11,974 nt of DNA from a bacterium (GTDB lineage Bacteria > Zhuqueibacterota > Zhuqueibacteria > Oceanimicrobiales > Oceanimicrobiaceae): assembly GCA_046757025.1 (NCBI GenBank), contig JBHHXN010000158.1:1-11974 (forward strand), in the 5' to 3' direction. The position numbers and the translations under genes are program-made. Of the stretch, positions 1 to 7,647 are shown in pieces; the stretch's first letter is position 1, and each line of letters begins with the position of its first letter. The notes under the pieces were generated by a model. The model had not been told where the DNA came from, made no database searches, and worked only from the letters and a program-made list of their open reading frames with translations.

Positions 1-52
1 TTTAGCCATTTTCTTGTAAAAAAATGCAAAAGTTCAGAAGTAATACTATAAA
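1..52. repeat. Left copy of a 52-bp perfect inverted repeat bounding the window; probable end of an IS or MITE
   Basis: 1..52 (tttagccattttcttgtaaaaaaatgcaaaagttcagaagtaatactataaa) is the exact reverse complement of 11921..11972. Identity stops at 53/11920. The IS origin is inferred; no transposase is in the window. Confidence 0.9.
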
Positions 53-117
53 AAGCATGTTTTAGCTTAACTATTCGTCAACAAATTTTGTTAGGGAACA
101 TACATTAATTTTGGGGA

Positions 118-543
118 TTAATTTTTAGGAAAAAAATCTCGAGATATATCGTGATGCTGACCATTATTTTCTTTAGATATTTCTGCAAAAAGTTCCTCGG
201 CAAGTCGTTCTGCCTTTCTTATAGCCCTCTCCATACTTTTAAATCTATCCATCGGAGAAATTACATTGGCAATATAAAACTCTCCTAACCTTTCTAATTG
301 ATCAACTCGCATGCCTGCAATCGACCGTACCTTTACATCGCCTTTTTTAGGTACAGCAATTTTATTTAACATCCAGGGTGTAATGAGGCTAAAGGTATAA
401 AAATCCTCCGTATCTCGCAGACCTATTACTTTAACAGAAAGGACATTATTTACAACAGGCAGTCCCGAAAAACGAGTTTTGAAAATGTCGATGTACACTT
501 CTTCAAAAATCTTCTTTACTTCTTGAGAACTAGAGAAATTCAT
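118..543 (-). CDS. hybE: [NiFe]-hydrogenase assembly / Tat-proofreading chaperone, HybE/HupJ family
   Basis: LPVVN...ITPWML and SPM motifs typical of the HybE family, ~141 aa, last gene of the hydrogenase cluster. ATG at 543 follows the protease stop; the ORF track uses TTG at 549. Confidence 0.8.
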   Translation of the reverse strand: MNFSSSQEVKKIFEEVYIDIFKTRFSGLPVVNNVLSVKVIGLRDTEDFYTFSLITPWMLNKIAVPKKGDVKVRSIAGMRVDQLERLGEFYIANVISPMDRFKSMERAIRKAERLAEELFAEISKENNGQHHDISRDFFPKN

Positions 544-545
544 GT

Positions 546-1049
546 TCAATTTTCATTTAATGTGTATTGCGATTTTTTTGAGGTTGCCTCGATCCCTAAA
601 GATTTAAGCTCCTTTAATATAAACTCAATCAGTTTTGGAATATGTTCTTGAATTGTAAGCTCGGTGCCATAAGTAGAAATATCTTTCGGTTGAATGCCAA
701 TAATAACTGTTGGCGGTCGCTTCTCCAGTGCCTCAGCAATATTCAGAACATCAATAACATCAATTTCATGTGCAGACAACTTTCGTATGAGTCCAGATGG
801 TAAATCTTCAAATTTAAATTTGACTATTGTGCCGGGTGGCTCACCGATCAAAACGGAATCCACCACAATCAACTGGTCTGTATTTTCAATGATTGCTAGA
901 AGACTCATTCCTCCGGTGCCGCCATCATAGAGCTGTACATTTGGTGGAAATGAGAAATTCTGCTGCAACTCTTCAATAACCCGTACCCCTACTCCCTCGT
1001 CGGTCAAAAGAATATTACCAATGCCTATGATGGTAACCTTTTTCAGCAT
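546..1049 (-). CDS. hybD: Hydrogenase maturation endopeptidase, HyaD/HybD family
   Basis: GIGNILLTDEGVG, DGGTGG, IVVD, SAHE and IGIQP motifs. The adjacent large subunit has a cleavable C-terminal extension. Confidence 0.95.
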   Translation of the reverse strand: MLKKVTIIGIGNILLTDEGVGVRVIEELQQNFSFPPNVQLYDGGTGGMSLLAIIENTDQLIVVDSVLIGEPPGTIVKFKFEDLPSGLIRKLSAHEIDVIDVLNIAEALEKRPPTVIIGIQPKDISTYGTELTIQEHIPKLIEFILKELKSLGIEATSKKSQYTLNEN

Positions 1050-1448
1050 CTTTTTTTTCAGATTTATATGTCTCCTCCCACCCTAATCAAAATCTATCAA
1101 ATTTTCAGGAGCGTTTTGTCAGAAGTTCTACACTAATAGGAGCATTAAGTTTTATTTTAATTACAAATTATTTAGATTTTTCCTCCTCGTTCTATCAGAG
1201 ATTGTCAAAAATCAATAAAGCGGGACTGCCTACGTATATCAGCAAGCGTTCTGAATTTTTACACTAGATATTTGCGAGCCACAATTTGGAAATAATCGCG
1301 CACTTAAAGTGATAATAATCACATCATTCATTTACTCACTTCTATACCCACTACCTTTTCCATAGCTTTCTAACACCGCAGCAGTCCCTTTTGCAGTTCA
1401 ACTTACCATTTTTCATAATATAATAATATTCCCCCACCCTTCTTGGAA

Positions 1449-2120
1449 TTAACGCTCTAACCTGTACCCACTTATAATTGCATTTATGTTGCCCGTTTTG
1501 AATTTAATCGATTTCCAGATTTGAAAGTAAACGTGGATAACAAACCAGACTAAGATTAACCACCACATAATATGATGCGCGCTTCGGACATTTTGAAGTC
1601 CTCCGAACAAGGCCACAATCCAATCCGTCGCAAAATGCAGCAATGCTGGCCACCACCAATTTATAGCATATTGGACAACATAGAGTGCAAAACCAGTGAA
1701 TATTAATAGTATGGCTAAGATGTGAAATGATAAGAAAGAAATTATATCGATTGGATCTTCATATTCATATTTAACATTTTCTCCCGAAAGTTTGAAATAA
1801 TATTTAAGTTGAATCCAGAATTTCTTTAAATTTCTGGGGGTAGGCAAAAGCTCTTTCCAAGGAGCATGGAATGTGGAAAAGAAGATCAGATAGATACTCA
1901 ACAAAATAGCCACATCAAAAACAATGGCAGCAACAAAATGAATAAACCTCATCTGAGCCATGAAAAAAGTTTCTGCGGGTTCTCCATCTGGTGAGATGAA
2001 AGATGGTGTATGAGCAATATAATTTCCTGTGATTAATAAAACAACCACACTGAGAAAGATGGTCCAGTGAATGATTCGCACTGTACCAGACCAGACATAT
2101 TTCATTTTTCTATCCGCCAT
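1449..2120 (-). CDS. cybH: Ni/Fe-hydrogenase b-type cytochrome subunit (HyaC-like, quinone-reactive)
   Basis: Four hydrophobic helices with heme-ligand His residues (RIIHW, RFIHF, RSAHH, VIHVY). Start reassigned to ATG 2120 (MADRKMK), preceded by GGAGG overlapping the true large-subunit stop. Confidence 0.92.
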   Translation of the reverse strand: MADRKMKYVWSGTVRIIHWTIFLSVVVLLITGNYIAHTPSFISPDGEPAETFFMAQMRFIHFVAAIVFDVAILLSIYLIFFSTFHAPWKELLPTPRNLKKFWIQLKYYFKLSGENVKYEYEDPIDIISFLSFHILAILLIFTGFALYVVQYAINWWWPALLHFATDWIVALFGGLQNVRSAHHIMWWLILVWFVIHVYFQIWKSIKFKTGNINAIISGYRLER

Positions 2121-2124
2121 CGTC

Positions 2125-3735
2125 TCACCTCCCGAAAAGCCCTGAACGAGCCCGAAATTTGAGAATTCTATTTGTCTTTGGTTCAATCACGTGAACCCCA
2201 CAGCCCAGTCATGGATCGTAGGAGTGAACGACTCTCAGGATCTCTACAGGCTTTTCGGGATCGGCCACCGGCGTACCAATTAGCGCTTCTTCTACCGGTC
2301 CCCGCACACCTTTATCATCTCTGGGAGAAAAATTCCATGTGGATGGAGAAATCACCTGGTAGTTTTTGAGCTTGCCTTCTTCGATCACATTCCAATGCGC
2401 TAATGCACCTCTTGGCGCTTCCCACAAACCCACACCGCTGCATGAATCTGGAGCTTCAAAGTCAGCATAAAGATTAGTCTGGCCACCTTTGAAGTTTTCG
2501 ACAAGTTCCAGAGTCCAATCGACCATAGCATCAGCAATTATCTTACACTCCAAAGCTCGGGCGCCCACCCGGCCTAAAGTCGACAACAGCACTCCGGGCT
2601 GGTCTGGAACTCCAAGAGTAGCTAAGGTGTCATCGATCAGTTTTTTAGCTTTTTGATTGCCAGAAAGATAAGCAACTAACATCCTCGAGAGAGGTCCTAC
2701 TTCCATAGGCTGATCTTTAAATCGTGGCGCTTTACACCAACTGTATTTGGCATTTGTGTCAAGATCAGAATATCTTGGCTCAGTCACGCCTTCGCTAGGA
2801 TGTAACGGACCAGATTCATCGGTGTACCAGCTATGGCTTATATACTCGGTCACTTCTTCAGGCTTAACCTCTTCAACTTTCAGTTCGCCACCGAAAACTG
2901 CTCCAGGCGGAAACAGTCTTTTTTGTGCATCCCAGCTTTCATCTTCGAATACACCCCAGGCCAGGTAATTTGTATGGCTTTTGCCGATTGCAGCCCAATC
3001 TAAATAATAGCGGGCTACCGCGACCACATCTGGAATATAGACATCATCAACCCAGGTTTTAAGCTCCTTCGCTCTGAAAAGCGCATCACCTAACATCTTT
3101 GCATCCGGGGTAACCGTAACCCCGCCAGGAACACAGGTCATCATGTGCGGAAATTTTCCACCAAAAAGAGCCAACAATTGTGAGGCTTTGGCCTGCATAT
3201 CTAATGCCTCTAAATAATGGGCAACTGCAACTAAATTCAATTCAGAGGGAAGCCTGTAGGCAGGATGACCCCAGTATGCATTGGAAAACGGACCCAGTTG
3301 ACCGCTATCCACAAAGGCTTTGATTTTCGCCTGCACTTTTTTCAGAGAAGCTTCTTTGGGTTTTGCATTCAAAGCGCTGACAATGTCCACATAATCTAAA
3401 GCATGCAGATGATAAAAGGCAAGGATGTGAGAGTGAACATATTGTGCGCCTTCGATAATATTTCGAATAATACGGGCATTATCTGGCGGGGTCACGCCGA
3501 ATGCATCTTCAAGACCGTAGGTCGAGCAATGACCATGAGAGATCGGACAAACGCCACATATTCTCTGAGATAAATAATAAGCATCTTTAGGGTCGCGGCC
3601 TTTTAAGACAATCTCCATGCCTCGAAACAGCGGACTGGTACTCCAGGCGTCCTTAACCTTGCCGCCTTCCACTTCTACTTCGATACGAAGATGTCCTTCC
3701 AGACGAGTGAAAGGATCAATCACCACTCTGGCCAT
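2125..3735 (-). CDS. hysA: [NiFeSe] hydrogenase large subunit (group 1a-like), selenocysteine at TGA 2209..2211, 536 aa
   Basis: TRLEGH, L1 motif QRICGVCPISH, EAPRGALAHW. Readthrough of the TGA gives L2 motif YDP-U-LGCGVH plus the 21-aa extension VIEPKTNRILKFRARSGLFGR and a stop at 2125..2127. SD GGAGG lies upstream of ATG 3735. Confidence 0.95.
2173..2202 (-). promoter_or_regulatory. Bacterial SECIS-like hairpin
   Basis: Upper stem GGUUCA/UGAACC (2180..2197) starts 11 nt after the UGA, with loop CGUGAU (GU at loop positions 2-3) and a possible lower UGU/ACA stem. Confidence 0.8.
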
Positions 3736-3737
3736 AA

Positions 3738-4892
3738 TTATTCACCTCCTTCCGCATTCTTGTCAGGTTTAGATGTTTTCGGTTTTTCTTCCACTTCCTC
3801 TACTTCTGAGTTCTGGTCAGCTTTTTTTCGAGATGTCCAAATCGCATGAGCGGCGATCCCGCCGGCGGCCGCGCCTACCAGGGTAAAACCAATTCGGTCC
3901 GCCGTTCTTTCAACACCGCCAAAACCGGGAATCTTGACGCCGGGACGGCGAGTGAAAAATGGCGAGCCGTTATCTGCCCATTTCTGCTGGGCACAGCCAA
4001 TGCAAGGCGAGCCAGCACCGATACACCAATTCGCTTTGTTGTTCCAACGGTCCAGCGAGCAGGAAGAATAGGTTTCCGGGCCTTTGCAGCCCATCTTATA
4101 GAGACAATACTGCTTTTTAGCCTCTTCGCTGCCAAATTCCTCAACAAATTCGCCGGCATCAAAATGAGCCCGGCGCTCACAGATATCGTGAATTCTCAGC
4201 CCATACAAGAATTTAGGCCGACCCTTGTTATCCAATTCAGGCAATCTGCCCAAAAGAAGGTAATTCACGACCGTCGCCGTAATCCACTTCGGATGCACCG
4301 GACAACACGGCAGGTTAACGAACTTTTTAGCGCCCATTTGAGTGGCTTGCTGGGTACCGGTTGCTCCTGTCGGATTGGGATTGCAGCCCACCCAGCCGCC
4401 ATCAAAGGAACAACTGCCAACATTAATTACAGCAGCCGCATCGGCACACACTTCTTTAGCAATTTCTACCCCAGTTTTACCGCCTATTCGCATGAAATTA
4501 CCATCTGCTCCAGTCAAACTTGCCCCTTCAACAGCCACCAAATACTTTCCTTTATATTTCTCCATTGTGGCATTTCGAGCTTCTTCTGCCTGCTTTCCTG
4601 CAGCAGCCATAATGGTCTCATGGTAATCAACGGATAAGATATCGAGAATAACTTCATCTGCTGTGGGATAATATCCTTGAATAAAGGATTCGGTGCAACC
4701 TGTACACGAGGCAAAATGGAGCCAAATTAAAGGCGGACGGGACTTGGCTTTCTCAATAGCATTGGCGATTTCTGGAACAAAGACCTTACTCAACCCCAAC
4801 ATCGCCGCAACAGAACCGCAATACTTGAGAAAGTCTCTTCGAGACAGCTCGTCTTGAAAAATTCTCAAGGCGATTTTTTGCGCATTCGTCAT
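3738..4892 (-). CDS. hysB: [NiFeSe] hydrogenase small subunit, Tat-exported with C-terminal membrane anchor
   Basis: Tat motif SRRDFLK; SCTGCTES, GSC, CP, HDICERR, CLYKMGCKGP and NWCIGAGSPCIGC cluster motifs; hydrophobic tail IGFTLVGAAAGGIAAHAIW. Start likely ATG 4892 with AGGA upstream (ORF track uses TTG 4910). Confidence 0.93.
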   Translation of the reverse strand: MTNAQKIALRIFQDELSRRDFLKYCGSVAAMLGLSKVFVPEIANAIEKAKSRPPLIWLHFASCTGCTESFIQGYYPTADEVILDILSVDYHETIMAAAGKQAEEARNATMEKYKGKYLVAVEGASLTGADGNFMRIGGKTGVEIAKEVCADAAAVINVGSCSFDGGWVGCNPNPTGATGTQQATQMGAKKFVNLPCCPVHPKWITATVVNYLLLGRLPELDNKGRPKFLYGLRIHDICERRAHFDAGEFVEEFGSEEAKKQYCLYKMGCKGPETYSSCSLDRWNNKANWCIGAGSPCIGCAQQKWADNGSPFFTRRPGVKIPGFGGVERTADRIGFTLVGAAAGGIAAHAIWTSRKKADQNSEVEEVEEKPKTSKPDKNAEGGE

Positions 4893-4905
4893 GACAATCC
4901 TGATT

Positions 4906-4943
4906 TTCAAACCTAAACGAAACTGGAATCGTTTAGGTTTGAA
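4906..4943. repeat. Perfect 15-bp inverted repeat just upstream of the small-subunit RBS
   Basis: ttcaaacctaaacga (4906..4920), 8-nt loop, tcgtttaggtttgaa (4929..4943). Confidence 0.85.
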
Positions 4944-5201
4944 GGACGCCTTTCTTCGTCCATTAAATGTTTCTCTAATGATGGAAGAACAGAGATGTCC
5001 ATCAGTTATTTTATACGCCCTTCATAAAACGTTCAATCTTCACTCATATTCAAATTTTGAGACAAGGATAATATTGCCAGAGCTCAAGGCAGCAGACTTA
5101 ACGCCTCCTTTCATTAGTGATAGTGTCAGTTTATTATTTTACAGAATTGTTTAATCGGATGTGGTTGGACAATCTGGTGTCCTTGCTGTATTTTTTACTT
5201 A

Positions 5202-5334
5202 GTGATTGACCGAAAACTCGATACCGATCATCATGATTATAATTAAAATAGGGAGTCGGTGTGCTCTACGTTATTGTTTTTCCGACAGCAGAGGACGCCC
5301 GTCGGTGCGGATAGTGTAGTTTTCGGTCCATCAC
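5202..5334. mobile_element. Putative 133-bp MITE with 17-bp TIRs and 6-bp target-site duplication
   Basis: gtgattgaccgaaaact (5202..5218) and agttttcggtccatcac (5318..5334) are a 16/17 inverted match. They are flanked directly by tactta at 5196..5201 and 5335..5340. Confidence 0.6.
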
Positions 5335-5390
5335 TACTTATTTGCCAGGTACGCCCATTCTTCCTGACCAAATAACTTTAGGACTCTTTA

Positions 5391-5406
5391 TGCAATCATT
5401 ATACCA
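5391..5406 (-). promoter_or_regulatory. Sigma54 (-24/-12) promoter of the hydrogenase operon
   Basis: Minus strand TGGTAT-AATGA-TTGCA, GG-N10-GC spacing, correct orientation. Predicted +1 near 5380. Confidence 0.75.
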
Positions 5407-5437
5407 GCATAATTGTCAAAACGCCTTTATCCAGGGA

Positions 5438-5450
5438 TTAATTATTGATT
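5438..5450 (-). promoter_or_regulatory. IHF-like site upstream of the sigma54 promoter
   Basis: Minus strand AATCAATAATTAA, one mismatch to WATCAANNNNTTR. The same 10-mer occurs at a similar offset in the second promoter. Confidence 0.45.
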
Positions 5451-5641
5451 TGTAAGTAGTTAGTACAGTTTAGACTCGACGATGGGCATCGATTCGTCCT
5501 AGATTGAAAGCGGAAGGTGTGTCACAAATGTCATATAGAATACTGGTGTAATTCTGACTTAAAGGATTTGTTTTTTTAAATATACGTAAAGTGGGACATA
5601 TAAATCATTGATGTGACACGAGTGTCTCTATTAAATAAAAA

Positions 5642-6847
5642 TCATGGACGTTCAAATTCTACGCGGGCCTCATCCCAGGGCGGCATTATCGCGAACAACA
5701 CGTACAAAATGAGCAGGGGCAAAATCAACAGGCCAATGGAGACAAGTAAACCTTCCAGACCCAAAAAGGACATTTTATAAGTGGTCAAGCCGCTGAAACT
5801 CTTGGAAAAGAGCTGGCCGCCGATCACCACGTTCCAACGGGTAGAAAAAATACCCACCTGCACCAGCAAAGCCGACACAAAATACAGCAGTTTTTTCAAT
5901 TCGTCCGGAGTTTTGAAGAGCTTTACGGCTGCGATGGCGCCAAGGGGTATCAGCATTCCCATGAGTAATTGGATGACCACCAGACTGACAAACAATTTGC
6001 CTGACACCAACTGCGCCAGAATTTTGATGGACTCTTCTGACTCATAAATGCGGTGAATAAAATCGAGAATTTCTAACGAAAAATCAACGATCATGGCGTA
6101 AAAAAGATAACTGGCCAATTTGTCCAGACATTTCATATCCACCATTTTCGAGCGCATGGGGGTGACGATCATGTAGATGAGCAGAACCAGCGCAATGCCC
6201 GAGACGATGGCCGAGAACAAAAACACGATGGGCATGAGCACGCTCGACCACCAGGGATTCGCCTTCACCGAACCAAAAATAAATCCCACATACCCGTGCA
6301 GCAAAAACGCCGAAGGGATGCCGATGATGGTGACGGTTTTTACGGCTTTTTTGTCGAACCGCAGGGCTTTTTCCGAGAGGTCCGATGAAAACAAAGACAA
6401 AAGTTTGTGCAGCCATTTTCGCAGGCCTTTTTCTTGCGAGGCCCAGATAATGAGATCTTTTCTGTAATCAAACCAGATTTCCAGCAGCAGCACGGCCATC
6501 AGATACCAGGCGTAAACAAAGCCAAACATGGCCATGGCCGAGCTGGTGTTGGGAGTGAGAAAAATCTCAAATGACTTTTCCGGATGCCCCAGGTGGGCCA
6601 ACAGAGGCAACGGCGCCACCAGTAAAAACGCCAGCGCTGTCAGCAACGACATGCGGTAAGTGGGCTGCATTTCTTTGACGTTGAAGACTTTCACCAGAGA
6701 GGCCAGAATGAAAGCGCCAGCGACCAAACCGGTGACGTACGGATAGATCACCACCAGCAGCCCCCAGTGCAGTTCAATTTCGTTGGGATAAATATAACCC
6801 GAAATTTCTTTCAGTAGCGGAGTGAGATGATTTACGATTTCTTCCAA
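5642..6847 (-). CDS. nrfD: NrfD/PsrC-family integral membrane quinol-interacting subunit
   Basis: WGLLVVIYPYVTGLVAGAF, HLGHP, TSSAM, ANPWWSS, FLFSAIVSG and RWNVVIGGQ motifs; roughly 8-10 hydrophobic helices; TTG start after GGAGG. Family-level call only. Confidence 0.9.
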   Translation of the reverse strand: MEEIVNHLTPLLKEISGYIYPNEIELHWGLLVVIYPYVTGLVAGAFILASLVKVFNVKEMQPTYRMSLLTALAFLLVAPLPLLAHLGHPEKSFEIFLTPNTSSAMAMFGFVYAWYLMAVLLLEIWFDYRKDLIIWASQEKGLRKWLHKLLSLFSSDLSEKALRFDKKAVKTVTIIGIPSAFLLHGYVGFIFGSVKANPWWSSVLMPIVFLFSAIVSGIALVLLIYMIVTPMRSKMVDMKCLDKLASYLFYAMIVDFSLEILDFIHRIYESEESIKILAQLVSGKLFVSLVVIQLLMGMLIPLGAIAAVKLFKTPDELKKLLYFVSALLVQVGIFSTRWNVVIGGQLFSKSFSGLTTYKMSFLGLEGLLVSIGLLILPLLILYVLFAIMPPWDEARVEFERP

Positions 6848-6849
6848 GG

Positions 6850-7647
6850 TTATTTTACCTCCATATCAAGGTTTGCATAAAAAACTTTTGGTTCGGTATT
6901 TAAGAACGGTTTCAAAACGCGAATCTTGTTCATACGCATGAACCGCACCAGTGGACTGGCCTTTTTCTCGACTTCACCAAAAATTCGCGCCTGCGTGGGG
7001 CAGACCTCTACACACGCCGGCACCAATCCCTGCACAATGCGGTGATAACAGAAGGTACATTTTTCAGCGGTGCGTGTCTCCGGATCGAGAAAGCGAGCGC
7101 CGTAAGGACAGGCCTGAATACAGTATCGACAGCCGATGCAGTAATTCTCATCCACCAGCACCACGCCATCGGCATTGATGAAAGTGGCGCCAACGGGACA
7201 AACCTGCACACAGGGCGGATTTTCACACTGGTTGCAGATCTTCGGCACAAAAAAGCTGCGGATGATGTTTTTAGCCAGGGGTTCATATTTAAAGCTGTTT
7301 ATGGCGGCCTCGGGGCTGTCGATGAGAACTTCGCCATCGGCGAGGATGCGGTAGCGCTCCACCCAGGTACGCGTGAAAAAAGGCACACGCGGAACGTTGT
7401 TTTCTCTTTTGCAGGCATCCACACAGCGGCCGCAGCCAATGCATTTGCTGATATCGATGCCCATGCCCCACTTATGATCAGAGGGTCGGTAACCGTCGCC
7501 GAGGATCCAATCCAGCACTTTTTTATGTTTTTCTTCTCCGATCAGAAAACTCGGAATAATTAACGTGATGAACGAACCGAATATTTTTTTGAGAAAATGT
7601 CTTCTGTTGTGATTTGGTTTTTCCATTTTTTCTTGCATCCTTTTCAT
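6850..7647 (-). CDS. NrfC/PsrB/DmsB-family 4x[4Fe-4S] electron-transfer protein with Tat signal
   Basis: CIGCGRCVDAC, CNQCENPPCVQVCP, CIGCRYCIQACP and CTFC...PACVEVCP motifs; NRRHFLK Tat-like motif. Start set at ATG 7647 (TGATG overlap with the upstream stop); downstream ATGs are possible. Confidence 0.93.
   Translation of the reverse strand: MKRMQEKMEKPNHNRRHFLKKIFGSFITLIIPSFLIGEEKHKKVLDWILGDGYRPSDHKWGMGIDISKCIGCGRCVDACKRENNVPRVPFFTRTWVERYRILADGEVLIDSPEAAINSFKYEPLAKNIIRSFFVPKICNQCENPPCVQVCPVGATFINADGVVLVDENYCIGCRYCIQACPYGARFLDPETRTAEKCTFCYHRIVQGLVPACVEVCPTQARIFGEVEKKASPLVRFMRMNKIRVLKPFLNTEPKVFYANLDMEVK

Noticed and set aside
1222..1388. gggactgc...gcagtccc as a second MITE
   Set aside because: Only 8 bp of inverted match and no target-site duplication.
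2121..2186. N-terminal extension of cytochrome b in the ORF track
   Set aside because: It overlaps the post-Sec tail of the large subunit, and the SD points to ATG 2120.
4891..5154. 87-aa plus-strand ORF in the hydrogenase leader
   Set aside because: No SD or motif, antisense to the predicted leader, and its start overlaps the small-subunit start codon.
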